From positions 1 through 58,133 of the IMG/VR virus record IMGVR_UViG_3300050161_000124: a stretch of DNA of 58,133 nt, one strand, 5' to 3'. The notes beneath the pieces were generated by a model. That model ran no database searches and was not told the DNA's origin. It saw only the letters and a list, made by a program, of their open reading frames with translations. Position numbers and translations under genes: made by a program. Position 1 is the stretch's first letter. Every line of letters starts with the position of its first letter. Shown here piece after piece: positions 47,568 through 56,753 of the stretch. Source of the stretch: a virus (Duplodnaviria; Caudoviricetes).

Positions 47568-49766
47568 TTAGTAGATTAGGTACAGATTGATGTAGTTAGC
47601 TACGGTAGGCATAGTGACTGGCATCTCTACGATAATCGTATCCTTATTAACATCGTCCTGCTTCAAGGTCTTGATTTGGTAATCCAGAAGCGGAGCGCCG
47701 ATCTTAGGAAGTCTCTTACCTTGAAGTAGTTTAGCTCCAGCCACTAGCGTAGTTCTTAGAATTTGTAGCGTATCAGGTGTAATGTTGTAGCGTCCCGGGA
47801 ATGCCTTAAGAATATCATGGAAGAAGTACGACAGGAAGTCGATGTTCTTGACCTGTTGCAGTTCACGGTACTGCAGCACGCTCATATCCGTAGTAATAGA
47901 GTGACGGATATAAGGGATAGTACCAGCGGCTTCTTGAGCTAATAGAGTTGTTCCATTACCGGCAATAGTACTCAGTTGAGCCCTGGTAAAATACCGGTTT
48001 GAGTGCCGCAAGTCACTGATACCAGCTACGCCGATATTGGTTAGAGACTGCTGAGCCGGCAGGCCGCTGATCAAGCCAACCATCGTGCAGCACAGGTAGT
48101 AACCCGGTAGGTACTTAACTACACCACCGACGTTAACGCCAACCGAGTCCGGCTGAACGTGCAAAACTCTGCTAGAGAGCATAGAAGCGCTCATGTCAGC
48201 GATGGCCTGTGCTTGTTGACTCTTAGAAAGATTACGTTGAGTATAGAAGTTTACAGCGGTTAAAGCAATCGGAGCGTCTACCTTGACTTGCTGGTTATTC
48301 AAAACCTGAAGCACGGTCATCGAAGTTACTACCTGGCTAGTAGTGTTGTGTGACGCTACTTTGATCAAATCGCCCGGTACAACTCCGTCGGCAATGAACG
48401 TAGAGTTGCTCGAGGTTAATACGTACGAGCCGCTAACTAGAGCCACTGAGTTATTACCTGAGTTGGCGTTAACCAAGGTAGGCAAGTACTGGCCAATATA
48501 CTTAACAGTAGGAATAGCAGTATTAACTAAAGAAATTCTCCAAGCTGCATTCTCAGGGGTAGACATCTGCTGAACGTGAGCGTTAACTGCAGCGATGATA
48601 CTGATGTCTTGAGTTAATGGAGTAATAGCGTAGACTCGTGAACTCTCAATCAAGCTCAGGGCGCTGAGGTATCCAGTCAAGTCATTAGAAGGAACCGCAA
48701 CCGCCAAGATCCTCCCTGTGGTATTGGCCAAGGCTAGATTAACCCCTAGGGCTAGAGGGTTATCATCTGTGGCTGCGCCTAATTCCCCGACTTGTTCAGC
48801 TACTGAAGAATACTCTAGCAACGAGCCTGATAAGTCAGTACGCAGGGCGATATAGGGTAAGTGAATAGTGGCTGAAAGTACAGTGCCGTAGGTAACTACG
48901 GGAAGTGGGTTAATAGAAACACTACCGTCAACCCCGATGTTAGACACGCTGTAGTTGGTGTGGCCGTTGTAGGACAGGGGCAGTAAGAGGTTATTAAACG
49001 CCTTACGGAAAGAGACGTTAAACGCCGAAGCTACTCCGTTAGGTAGCAAGTCAGAAATTGTTAAGGAGGTGACCAGGTTACCAGTACCTACAGTAGCCAT
49101 AACCGTCGAGGTTACTACTGTTGAAGAATAAGTAATAACCACGGTGTCGCCGGACTCAACCCGTAGAGTAGAAGTAGCTGAGTTCAGGTTATCGAATGAG
49201 GTACGGGCCATAGTAGCCGTTGACACTGAAGTGCCGGCTGCATCAGCTAGGGTAAGGGTAGTCCCTGAAATACCTACGATAGTAGAAGAAAGAATACTAC
49301 CGCCGGCACCTGCACCTGTGATAGTCATCTTATCGCCAACGTTAAGTTGAGCAATGTTAGTTACAGCAGTAACCGTAGCTAGACCAGAAGTAGTAGCACC
49401 AGTGCCTGAATAAGTGACAAAACTCAATACGTTAGCACCTGAAGTGCCTGTCATGTAGCAAACTTTGGTTTCTACGGCGGCTGAGTTGAAGTATACCTTG
49501 ACAGTGTTGGGATCAACCACCTGCCCTGTGGCTTGAGAACCTAGGTAGACAGTATTAATAACCGTGTTATTGGTTAAAGTAGCCGTAGCACCCAAAGAAG
49601 TCTTGGCTGCAGTCGCAATTAGACTAGACGCCAGACCTGCAATATAAGGTACTACGTTGTAAGCCGGGCCGATAATGCAAGCGTCCAGGTCTGGGGTGAT
49701 ATTTGCAACTCCGGCATTCGAGGCCAATTGTTGGTATACAAGTACGCTGGGTACAATATAAGACAT
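47568..49766 (-). CDS. tail sheath protein
   Basis: MSYIVPSVLVYQ N-terminus, sheath-like C-terminus (IRHSITTD...GRYNIT...NYINLYL); start reassigned to 49766. Confidence 0.85.
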   Translation of the reverse strand: MSYIVPSVLVYQQLASNAGVANITPDLDACIIGPAYNVVPYIAGLASSLIATAAKTSLGATATLTNNTVINTVYLGSQATGQVVDPNTVKVYFNSAAVETKVCYMTGTSGANVLSFVTYSGTGATTSGLATVTAVTNIAQLNVGDKMTITGAGAGGSILSSTIVGISGTTLTLADAAGTSVSTATMARTSFDNLNSATSTLRVESGDTVVITYSSTVVTSTVMATVGTGNLVTSLTISDLLPNGVASAFNVSFRKAFNNLLLPLSYNGHTNYSVSNIGVDGSVSINPLPVVTYGTVLSATIHLPYIALRTDLSGSLLEYSSVAEQVGELGAATDDNPLALGVNLALANTTGRILAVAVPSNDLTGYLSALSLIESSRVYAITPLTQDISIIAAVNAHVQQMSTPENAAWRISLVNTAIPTVKYIGQYLPTLVNANSGNNSVALVSGSYVLTSSNSTFIADGVVPGDLIKVASHNTTSQVVTSMTVLQVLNNQQVKVDAPIALTAVNFYTQRNLSKSQQAQAIADMSASMLSSRVLHVQPDSVGVNVGGVVKYLPGYYLCCTMVGLISGLPAQQSLTNIGVAGISDLRHSNRYFTRAQLSTIAGNGTTLLAQEAAGTIPYIRHSITTDMSVLQYRELQQVKNIDFLSYFFHDILKAFPGRYNITPDTLQILRTTLVAGAKLLQGKRLPKIGAPLLDYQIKTLKQDDVNKDTIIVEMPVTMPTVANYINLYLIY

Positions 49767-49852
49767 ATGTGTTTTATCTCTTGTTAAGTAGGAGAGGCCT
49801 GGCCTCAACGAAATTCGTTATGTTGGTATTTTAGTCTAGAGCAACAGGCTAT

Positions 49853-50446
49853 TTAAGTAGTAGGGGTAACTGAAGCCAGAACTGAACGTAAAGCAATCCC
49901 ATCGGTACGAAAGCTCCATTGTTCCTCTTTCATCCAGGGGATGGAGATATTAATCTGAAACTTAGGTACGCCAGAGTCCTCTTCCATAGTCATAGCCACG
50001 TCTGATACTCTCATAGGTAGTCCGAACTCTTTCCATCCTTGACTGTCGCAAAGTACAGGTCTAGTCCAAACTATGAAATGACTGACCATATCAGCCAGTA
50101 ATTCACAGGAACCTTTATTTCTAGCTTCGATACTGATGGTGGCGTCTCCTTGATAGAAAACCATGTTTGTATAATCTTTTTTACCACCGGTCTCACTCAT
50201 AGATACAGCTTCCGTCAAGTTATCGGTAAGGCCTGTTTTAAGAATAGAGTAAGAACCTCTGGTCACAGTAACTCTGGGCTTTTCTTGGAGCGCAACCTTA
50301 TTAAAATCAAAAGATTCCCCAATATCTATAGTCCTTTGTTTTTCATCTGGGTTCCAGATTAAATTAGTACTTTGAGTATAAGTAGAGAAGTAATACCTCA
50401 ACGGTTGGATTACTAAAGGGGCAATTACGCCATTGTTGAATTGCAT
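49853..50446 (-). CDS. putative tail terminator/completion protein
   Basis: Position just upstream of the sheath; size and motifs (KPRVTVTRG). Confidence 0.55.
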   Translation of the reverse strand: MQFNNGVIAPLVIQPLRYYFSTYTQSTNLIWNPDEKQRTIDIGESFDFNKVALQEKPRVTVTRGSYSILKTGLTDNLTEAVSMSETGGKKDYTNMVFYQGDATISIEARNKGSCELLADMVSHFIVWTRPVLCDSQGWKEFGLPMRVSDVAMTMEEDSGVPKFQINISIPWMKEEQWSFRTDGIALRSVLASVTPTT

Positions 50447-50448
50447 GG

Positions 50449-51459
50449 TTAATTAGGTAATTCGTACTTAGGTAGGGTTTTAACGTTTTGATTAGGAACC
50501 CAATCAGGGTCATTCTTAGGATCGGCGTCTAATAAGTTAGTGGGAAATCTTTCTTTATTGAAAACCCCACCTAAGTCATTCAAGTAAGTAAATGAGTAAA
50601 TAGACTCTGTCCTATCTGCCAATTCATTTTCTACGTCAGACTTAGATAACTGAGTCAAAGACACCGTCTGCCTAACTGCCTTAGTTTGCAGCTCAGTCTG
50701 AGATACTGAGATGATTTTATAAATAGCAAAATCTCCAGATCTAAGTATAATATCATCTGGGTGCATCTCAGGTACTGAAATAGTCCAAGCAGAAATAGAG
50801 TTCGGCTCTATGGTACCAACATAGCTTTTAACTTTACTATTCGAAGAGGCGTCATATTGAAAGTACACCGGAAGGGGGTTAAAATATCCACCTTGCCAGG
50901 AAGTTCCGTAGCAAACTCGACAGTGATCATCCATTACCTTCTCCTGGCTTTCATTCCAGCATCGAGCGCATCGCTCCCCGAAGTTCCTTTTTTTAAAGTA
51001 AAAGCTCTTGACCCCAACAAACTTAGATAGTAACATATACTCTCTACGTTGAATCTCTGAGGCGATCTTATCTACGTGCTCCCGTCTTTGATTTTCAACC
51101 GAAGTGGGCTTAGATCTAATCCTTTTTCCGGGGCCGGGTAAAACTACTTCTACTATATACCTTCCAGTGTTGAATTTCGAGTATTCCTGTTCCTTCTCGT
51201 CTTTAAAGTAAGGGGACGTGATTGGAACTTTGTTTAGCTTAATAGCGTCGTCTTTATCTCCGTAGCTATAGTATACATTGAAAGTACAATTACCCCACTG
51301 AGGAGGTATCTTCCACTGTAGGGTTATGTGCTTGTACCAACTAGGGGAACATAGTACCTCAACGTTTCTATTGTACGTGTCATTGATTATACTGGGTATA
51401 GAGTCAGACGCGGTTCCTCTCAGGAAGTAACTTTGGTCTATAGAGAAGGTGAAGCTCAT
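50449..51459 (-). CDS. putative neck/head-closure protein with Cys zinc motifs
   Basis: GERCARCW...CRVCYGT..GGYF; position in the neck module. Confidence 0.55.
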   Translation of the reverse strand: MSFTFSIDQSYFLRGTASDSIPSIINDTYNRNVEVLCSPSWYKHITLQWKIPPQWGNCTFNVYYSYGDKDDAIKLNKVPITSPYFKDEKEQEYSKFNTGRYIVEVVLPGPGKRIRSKPTSVENQRREHVDKIASEIQRREYMLLSKFVGVKSFYFKKRNFGERCARCWNESQEKVMDDHCRVCYGTSWQGGYFNPLPVYFQYDASSNSKVKSYVGTIEPNSISAWTISVPEMHPDDIILRSGDFAIYKIISVSQTELQTKAVRQTVSLTQLSKSDVENELADRTESIYSFTYLNDLGGVFNKERFPTNLLDADPKNDPDWVPNQNVKTLPKYELPN

Positions 51460-51503
51460 AGAGGTATTTTAAACGTATACTAGTTCAACAAATTACGGTT
51501 AGC

Positions 51504-51512
51504 TGGTATAAG
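51504..51512 (+). promoter_or_regulatory. TGGTATAAG motif (copy 4)
   Basis: Upstream of the AAA ATPase island. Confidence 0.7.
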
Positions 51513-51547
51513 TAAATTACAATGAACATTCCTTATAGGATTTTTAA

Positions 51548-52846
51548 GTGGCATTAGACCCGGATGACCCTGAGAATGACCGAGATGAAATCCAAAAGCT
51601 CATAGCCAGAACTCTTTCCAAGGCTAACCTACGTCCCCGCAGGAGTAAAGGTATGAAACGCCGCCCCTCTAATTTTGAGCCTTTTAAGTACAAGGGCGAA
51701 GGAGTATGGGAGGGCTTGGACCCGGGCCCTGAGTTCCATAGTGATCATTCTCTCCTCTCTTTAAAACTCTTTATTTCAAATTCTATGACACAAGTTCAAA
51801 CTCAAAATCCCTGGCTCTTGACTGGCGAACAGAAACCCGTACTGAACGTAGGCGGGGCAATTCAAGTCCTTGAAGGTCAACGGATTCTTCACATGGCTAC
51901 TGCAGGAATCAATCAGGTAACGGAAGAGATTGAACTCATCTCCGAACCTTTGTTTAGTTTGGCCAGCTGGTTGAATAGTAACTTCCAAGCGTTTACCATG
52001 TCTCGGGGGAATTATGGTATTGGTATCTGGAAGGCCGGGGAAGGGGCCTTGGATAACGTTGCAGTGGAGGTGCGAACTAGCATGATAGACGTAACCATGT
52101 CTGTTACAGGTACGTTCCAGTTCTTGCAAGACTTCAAGGCTTGGCTTAAAACTCAGCCTTTGAAAAGCAAAGAGATCATGGTGGAGTGGGTGTTCGGTCC
52201 TAACTACCGAGAGATGGACCAATTCAGTTTGCCTCTACAATTGCGCCCTGAGATTCCTGGAGTCTACCCTTGGATGAAGGAGTCCATCTCCAACTACACC
52301 AGTCGGTTTATGGCGGCCAAAGAGTGTGTCCTGGTACTTAAAGGCTCTCCTGGTACCGGCAAGACTTCTTTCATCAAGCGTATGATTGAGGCCTCAAAAT
52401 CTTCAGCCATGGTCACCTATGATACAGCCCTGCTGTTCTCCGATGGTTTCTTTGCCGCGTTTATGTCTCGCAACAATTGTAATCTTCTGATTATTGAAGA
52501 TGCGGATAAGATGTTAACTTCACGGTCAGAAGGTAATGAGCTGATGGATAAGCTACTAAACGCGTCGGACGGCTTAATCTCTATGCAGCATAAGAAGATC
52601 ATTTTTTCGACCAACCTACCAAACGTCAGTACCATCGATCCAGCCCTGCTACGACAAGGTCGGTGCTTCGACATCCTGGATTTTCGTCGTCTGACCAGGG
52701 ATGAAGCCAAAATAGTTTCTGCTAACTACTACGGCAGGGAAGAACCCCTAGGTGATGGTCGTGACTTCAGCGTCGCTGAGATCACGAATAAAGACATTAC
52801 TAACATGAAGCAGGGTACTGTAATCCCTCGTACTGGATTTATTTGA
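51548..52846 (+). CDS. AAA+ ATPase
   Basis: GSPGTGKT, LLIIEDAD, LLNASDG, STN and IDPALLRQGRCFD. Confidence 0.9.
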   Translation: MALDPDDPENDRDEIQKLIARTLSKANLRPRRSKGMKRRPSNFEPFKYKGEGVWEGLDPGPEFHSDHSLLSLKLFISNSMTQVQTQNPWLLTGEQKPVLNVGGAIQVLEGQRILHMATAGINQVTEEIELISEPLFSLASWLNSNFQAFTMSRGNYGIGIWKAGEGALDNVAVEVRTSMIDVTMSVTGTFQFLQDFKAWLKTQPLKSKEIMVEWVFGPNYREMDQFSLPLQLRPEIPGVYPWMKESISNYTSRFMAAKECVLVLKGSPGTGKTSFIKRMIEASKSSAMVTYDTALLFSDGFFAAFMSRNNCNLLIIEDADKMLTSRSEGNELMDKLLNASDGLISMQHKKIIFSTNLPNVSTIDPALLRQGRCFDILDFRRLTRDEAKIVSANYYGREEPLGDGRDFSVAEITNKDITNMKQGTVIPRTGFI

Positions 52847-52871
52847 GACTAGGTTAAAAAAGGAGGATAAA

Positions 52872-53126
52872 ATGGAGATCTTCTTGGGCCCGGTCATTCA
52901 CTCTATTAAAGTGACGTTTTTAAAAGGCGTCGGATGGGGTGTTCGGTTGTTTGCTAACGGTGAACTAAGCCAAGAGTATGTGGCTAAAACCAGAACTGAA
53001 ATCGGACCCTTAGCTCGTAGTATGCTTCGGATGGAAGATAAGTGCGGTAACATCAGCGACTACGCCGCTAAGTCTAGATTTCGACCAGGGTTGAAGGAAA
53101 ACTCTAGAAAGAAAGAAGTTAAATAG
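52872..53126 (+). CDS. hypothetical protein
   Basis: 84 aa; strong AGGAGG RBS. Confidence 0.75.
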   Translation: MEIFLGPVIHSIKVTFLKGVGWGVRLFANGELSQEYVAKTRTEIGPLARSMLRMEDKCGNISDYAAKSRFRPGLKENSRKKEVK

Positions 53127-53128
53127 AG

Positions 53129-53153
53129 AAAGGGGACCGTAGTCCCCTTTTTT
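53129..53153. terminator. intrinsic terminator between convergent genes
   Basis: AAAGGGGAC-CGTA-GTCCCCTTTTTT. Confidence 0.85.
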
Positions 53154-53174
53154 AGCTAGTTAACACTCGGTAAG

Positions 53175-53612
53175 TTACCAAGTCGGGAACGTAGCCTCAT
53201 CACTTCTAATTTCACCCCACCCGCCCTCCATGTTCATAGAGGCTTTCAGCTTAAAAGCCGTAGCTGAGAATTGCGCGCCGTAATTAGCAGCCAGGCTTTG
53301 ATACATTTCAAACTTTTCTTCAACTGGGATTTGTAACCCGCCGTCAGTATAAGAGAGGTGGTTACGAGCCATACGGGCAGCCCGCCCCGTGTACATCTGC
53401 CATAGAGTTCCTATCATTAGCAAAGACAGAGAGGGGAACCCTTCTACGCTAACCATAGTCTTGGGTGAGATGGCGTTGTATTCACTAACCGCCAGTTCCA
53501 TACTCAACTCGATAAACGTGTTGGAGAACTCTTCCTCGTCCAACAATAAGTTGGATTCAGGGTAGTCAGAGATAAATTCTCTGACTTTATCGACGGTTAA
53601 AATAGCGGCCAT
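53175..53612 (-). CDS. putative head-tail adaptor/neck protein
   Basis: 145 aa helical; N.LLD..EF and LSYTDGG motifs. Confidence 0.5.
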   Translation of the reverse strand: MAAILTVDKVREFISDYPESNLLLDEEEFSNTFIELSMELAVSEYNAISPKTMVSVEGFPSLSLLMIGTLWQMYTGRAARMARNHLSYTDGGLQIPVEEKFEMYQSLAANYGAQFSATAFKLKASMNMEGGWGEIRSDEATFPTW

Positions 53613-53617
53613 TTCAA

Positions 53618-54103
53618 TTATTCAGTAACAGGAGCAGGAGTTGAGACTTCCTTCTTAGCACGGGTTTTAGTCGTGCTAGTCGGAGGCGTAGAATCCACGG
53701 AGTCTACTGTTTCAATTTTAGCTTCTACGGGAACCTCAACAGGGGTAGGGTCCGGATTAGGGGTGCTATAAGGGGCGTACTTTGACACGGCGGTATCCTG
53801 CTTAGCCTTAGTGGTCGCCAAGAACTCTGCAAGCTCTTCTGTAGACGCTCCCTCAGCGCCTAGGTTGGCTAAGCTGCCAATATCGGCGGGTACAGACTTT
53901 ACTGGGCCTAGGGACTGAAGAAAAACTTCAGCTTCCAACTTAGTGTCGAAGACACAGAATTGGTCCGTCATCGTCTGCTCTTCGAAAATACCCGAATTAA
54001 AGTCGACGTCCGTAACAGGCTTAACAGTCTTAGGAGGGACTTCGATGTAGCCGGCCTTGTACAGGTAGATAGAGTTGGTAGTGTTTACGAGATATTTTGC
54101 CAT
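53618..54103 (-). CDS. hypothetical protein with Pro/Thr-rich tail
   Basis: 161 aa ORF. Confidence 0.65.
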   Translation of the reverse strand: MAKYLVNTTNSIYLYKAGYIEVPPKTVKPVTDVDFNSGIFEEQTMTDQFCVFDTKLEAEVFLQSLGPVKSVPADIGSLANLGAEGASTEELAEFLATTKAKQDTAVSKYAPYSTPNPDPTPVEVPVEAKIETVDSVDSTPPTSTTKTRAKKEVSTPAPVTE

Positions 54104-54201
54104 TTGTTTGATTATTAAAAGGTTAGATTATTAGGAATGTATCATGGAAGACTGACTTTGTCAATCTTGTTATTAATCTTAAATCGAGATAAAATTCAAG
54201 T

Positions 54202-55137
54202 ATGTACTCACATAAATTTACACTTAAAGCTAATCTTCAGTCAATGCCTGAGGGTTACCCTATTTCAGCAAAGATCATAGCCGACAGTGTCTGTGGTGGC
54301 CGCAGAATTACGACGTTTGAACTTGTATTTCCTAGGTACATCTTAGCAGAGTTTAACACTCATAGAGCATTATCTAGAAATGCCAGCTCTTCCAGGGCTA
54401 TCCCTACTTCGAAACAGATCTCTTCAATCCAAGAAGACCCAGTGTTTCCTGTGCGTTGGGGTAAGAACAAGCCGGGAATGCAGGCCTCAGAAGAAAATTT
54501 AAACCCTGAGGACCAAGAAGCAGCTAAGCAGATTTGGATAGACATGGTTAACTACGTAGCCGAGGGTTGCGCAGAGTTGGTTAAGCTGGGGGTTCACAAA
54601 CAATGGGCGTCTAGACCCTTAGAGTGGGCGTCTACTATTAAAGTAGTGATGACCGCTACTGAGCTGGATAACTTCTTTCTCTTGAGAGATCATGACGACG
54701 CTCAGGACGAAATTGCACACCTAGCTCAAGCCATAAAAATTGTGATGAATAACTCCGAGCCTAAAGAGCTGAAATACGGGCAATGGCATCTACCTTACAT
54801 CGAGGACAAGGATAAGGAGGAGTACACCTTAGGCGAGTGCTTAAAGATCTCTGCTTCTCGGTGCGCCCGAACTTCTTACAAGACTCAGTTAGGGGTTACC
54901 TCTACTCTGCAAGAAGACTTGGATATGTTTTCCCGCCTGACATACGGTATGAGCTTTAATGAGGACAACCCCTTTCACGCGTCCCCTACCGAACATCAAG
55001 CTACTCCTATGGGTGGCGTACTAGTAAAGCCAGAATTTACCAGCAACTTTGTTGGTTGGGTTCAAGCTAGAAAATATATTGAAGTCGGTATCTTTGATAA
55101 AATTCCAGGGAGCAATTCATCTGATTGGAATTTTTAA
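54202..55137 (+). CDS. thyX: flavin-dependent thymidylate synthase (ThyX-like)
   Basis: AEFNTHRALSRNASSSRAIP, GVHKQWASRPLE, FFLLRDHDDAQDEI, HASPTEH. Confidence 0.85.
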   Translation: MYSHKFTLKANLQSMPEGYPISAKIIADSVCGGRRITTFELVFPRYILAEFNTHRALSRNASSSRAIPTSKQISSIQEDPVFPVRWGKNKPGMQASEENLNPEDQEAAKQIWIDMVNYVAEGCAELVKLGVHKQWASRPLEWASTIKVVMTATELDNFFLLRDHDDAQDEIAHLAQAIKIVMNNSEPKELKYGQWHLPYIEDKDKEEYTLGECLKISASRCARTSYKTQLGVTSTLQEDLDMFSRLTYGMSFNEDNPFHASPTEHQATPMGGVLVKPEFTSNFVGWVQARKYIEVGIFDKIPGSNSSDWNF

Positions 55138-55160
55138 CCATTCAATTCCATGTTGTAATT

Positions 55161-55169
55161 TGGTATAAG
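55161..55169 (+). promoter_or_regulatory. TGGTATAAG motif (copy 5)
   Basis: Upstream of the 55217..55861 ORF. Confidence 0.7.
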
Positions 55170-55216
55170 TAAAGTACTAACAGTTTAAAATTGTAAGTAC
55201 TAATCTTAGTAAAGAT

Positions 55217-55861
55217 TTGTCAAAGAACATATCTGGAGTGAATAAAATGGAATTCAAACCGTTTCGCCCTGTCAAACCGGCTCCTGAAATTACTATCAAG
55301 ACTACCCAGCAAATCTTCGACGCAAGCATCAGAGCCTTAGTCCGTCAAGGGGCCCCTTGCATCAGAATGTATGAGGCGTTCTCCGTAGATGATGTCAGCC
55401 CTTCGGAACTGCGCAGGGAGGATCTTTACTACGAAGTTAATATGAACGTCAGGGGGAGATTCTCCCCTATGTTCCTTCTGTTACCTCAAGAAGATATTCG
55501 CTATCTGCGCAAGACGTGCGACTACAACACATTACAAAATCTGACAGGGTCAGAAGTCAGTTACGCCATGACAGCTTTGAATGTCGATAGTTACTGCGAA
55601 CAATCTCGTCATCACGAGCCCTTATCAGTTGCCAAACGGCTATTTAGCCGAGGTATCTCGGGGAGAAACTCTTCTGTCTTGATAGAGAATCTTCAGGGTA
55701 TGCATAGGGAATGGGCTAATTACGTCATCCGCCATGAACTCCTAACGGACGACTTAGCGGAGATGGAAAACAATAAACCGTACATCCTCGCTAATTTAAA
55801 TTCCAACGCAACAAGGGTTGGTAGGTTATTCAACTTAGATCCTAAAGTTTTGAACTTCTAG
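55217..55861 (+). CDS. hypothetical protein
   Basis: 214 aa ORF; the true start is probably the internal ATG (MEFKPF) after GGAG. Confidence 0.7.
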   Translation: MSKNISGVNKMEFKPFRPVKPAPEITIKTTQQIFDASIRALVRQGAPCIRMYEAFSVDDVSPSELRREDLYYEVNMNVRGRFSPMFLLLPQEDIRYLRKTCDYNTLQNLTGSEVSYAMTALNVDSYCEQSRHHEPLSVAKRLFSRGISGRNSSVLIENLQGMHREWANYVIRHELLTDDLAEMENNKPYILANLNSNATRVGRLFNLDPKVLNF

Positions 55862-55884
55862 TCTTAGTCAACTCCTGCTTAATG

Positions 55885-55906
55885 AGCCCCATAATAGGGG
55901 CTTTTT
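55885..55906 (+). terminator. intrinsic terminator
   Basis: AGCCCC-ATAATA-GGGGCT followed by T4. Confidence 0.65.
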
Positions 55907-55911
55907 GCATT

Positions 55912-56742
55912 ATGTCAATACACGGTTTGTCAGAAGAAGTATCTAATAAAATCTGGGCGAGTCTGAAGTCAGAAGAAAGACATATAGTAGCCTTAATACC
56001 TACCGGTAGTCACCTCTACGGGACAAATGTTGAGGGGAGCGACAGAGATTTTATTGCGGTTTTCATACCCCCCAGTATTGAGGTGGCTTTGGGAAAGAAA
56101 GTGTCTATTCCAAAGATAAGATTTAACTTGGAAGGGGATCGTGACTGGGGTCTTCCAGAAAGCCGGTCAAACAAAAACTTGATAGAGGTCAGCTCCGTCT
56201 CTATTCAAACCCTGGTCGGGGATTTCCTAGAGAGTACTCCACAAGCATTAGAGTGTGTTTTTTGCCTGGGCAGTATTTATGACTACAACTACGTAATAGA
56301 GAGTCACACAGAAAATTTCATAGCAGGTTTGATAAAGTCTCATAAAACCCCGGATATTTACAAAGTTCTTGCATTTACTCGTAAGAGTATTGCTCAGTTT
56401 ACGAATCACGGTCCTCGGTCTAAAGAGCCTACTGAGATCGGGTGGGGATTGAAAGCCCTTTCTCATGCGCTCAGGTTGGTCATTCAAGCCGAGGAGCTAG
56501 TCAAATATGGTGAGATCAGGTTCCCCCTCGAAGGGGCGCTCTATCTCCGGCAAATACGGGAGGGGTTAATCCCAATTGAAGCAGTGCAACAGGGGATTAA
56601 AGTTCGACTAGGCTTGCTCGAGAGTCTTATCGAATCAGGTGAATACGGCGATTTCAGCTACGCCGGGGTCAACAAATCCAGAGCAACAGCTTCGGACTTT
56701 GTGTCGAAAAACATGCTGAATTACCTCAGAGACTATTTCTAG
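55912..56742 (+). CDS. Pol-beta-family nucleotidyltransferase (RlaP-like)
   Basis: GSHLYGTNVEGSDRD (GS..DxD) and C-terminal KALSHALRL; start moved past the hairpin. Confidence 0.8.
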   Translation: MSIHGLSEEVSNKIWASLKSEERHIVALIPTGSHLYGTNVEGSDRDFIAVFIPPSIEVALGKKVSIPKIRFNLEGDRDWGLPESRSNKNLIEVSSVSIQTLVGDFLESTPQALECVFCLGSIYDYNYVIESHTENFIAGLIKSHKTPDIYKVLAFTRKSIAQFTNHGPRSKEPTEIGWGLKALSHALRLVIQAEELVKYGEIRFPLEGALYLRQIREGLIPIEAVQQGIKVRLGLLESLIESGEYGDFSYAGVNKSRATASDFVSKNMLNYLRDYF

Positions 56743-56753
56743 AAGGAATCAAA

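Noticed and set aside
31729-49350. Many plus-strand ORFs of 60-190 aa opposite the structural genes
   Set aside because: Antisense shadows of Thr/Ala/Gly/Val-rich genes, with no RBS, promoter motif or recognisable domains.
1-51459. Bacterial contractile injection system/tailocin or integrated prophage
   Set aside because: Terminase, neck genes, ThyX and a sigma factor point to a true phage; no integrase, att site or host genes are in the window.
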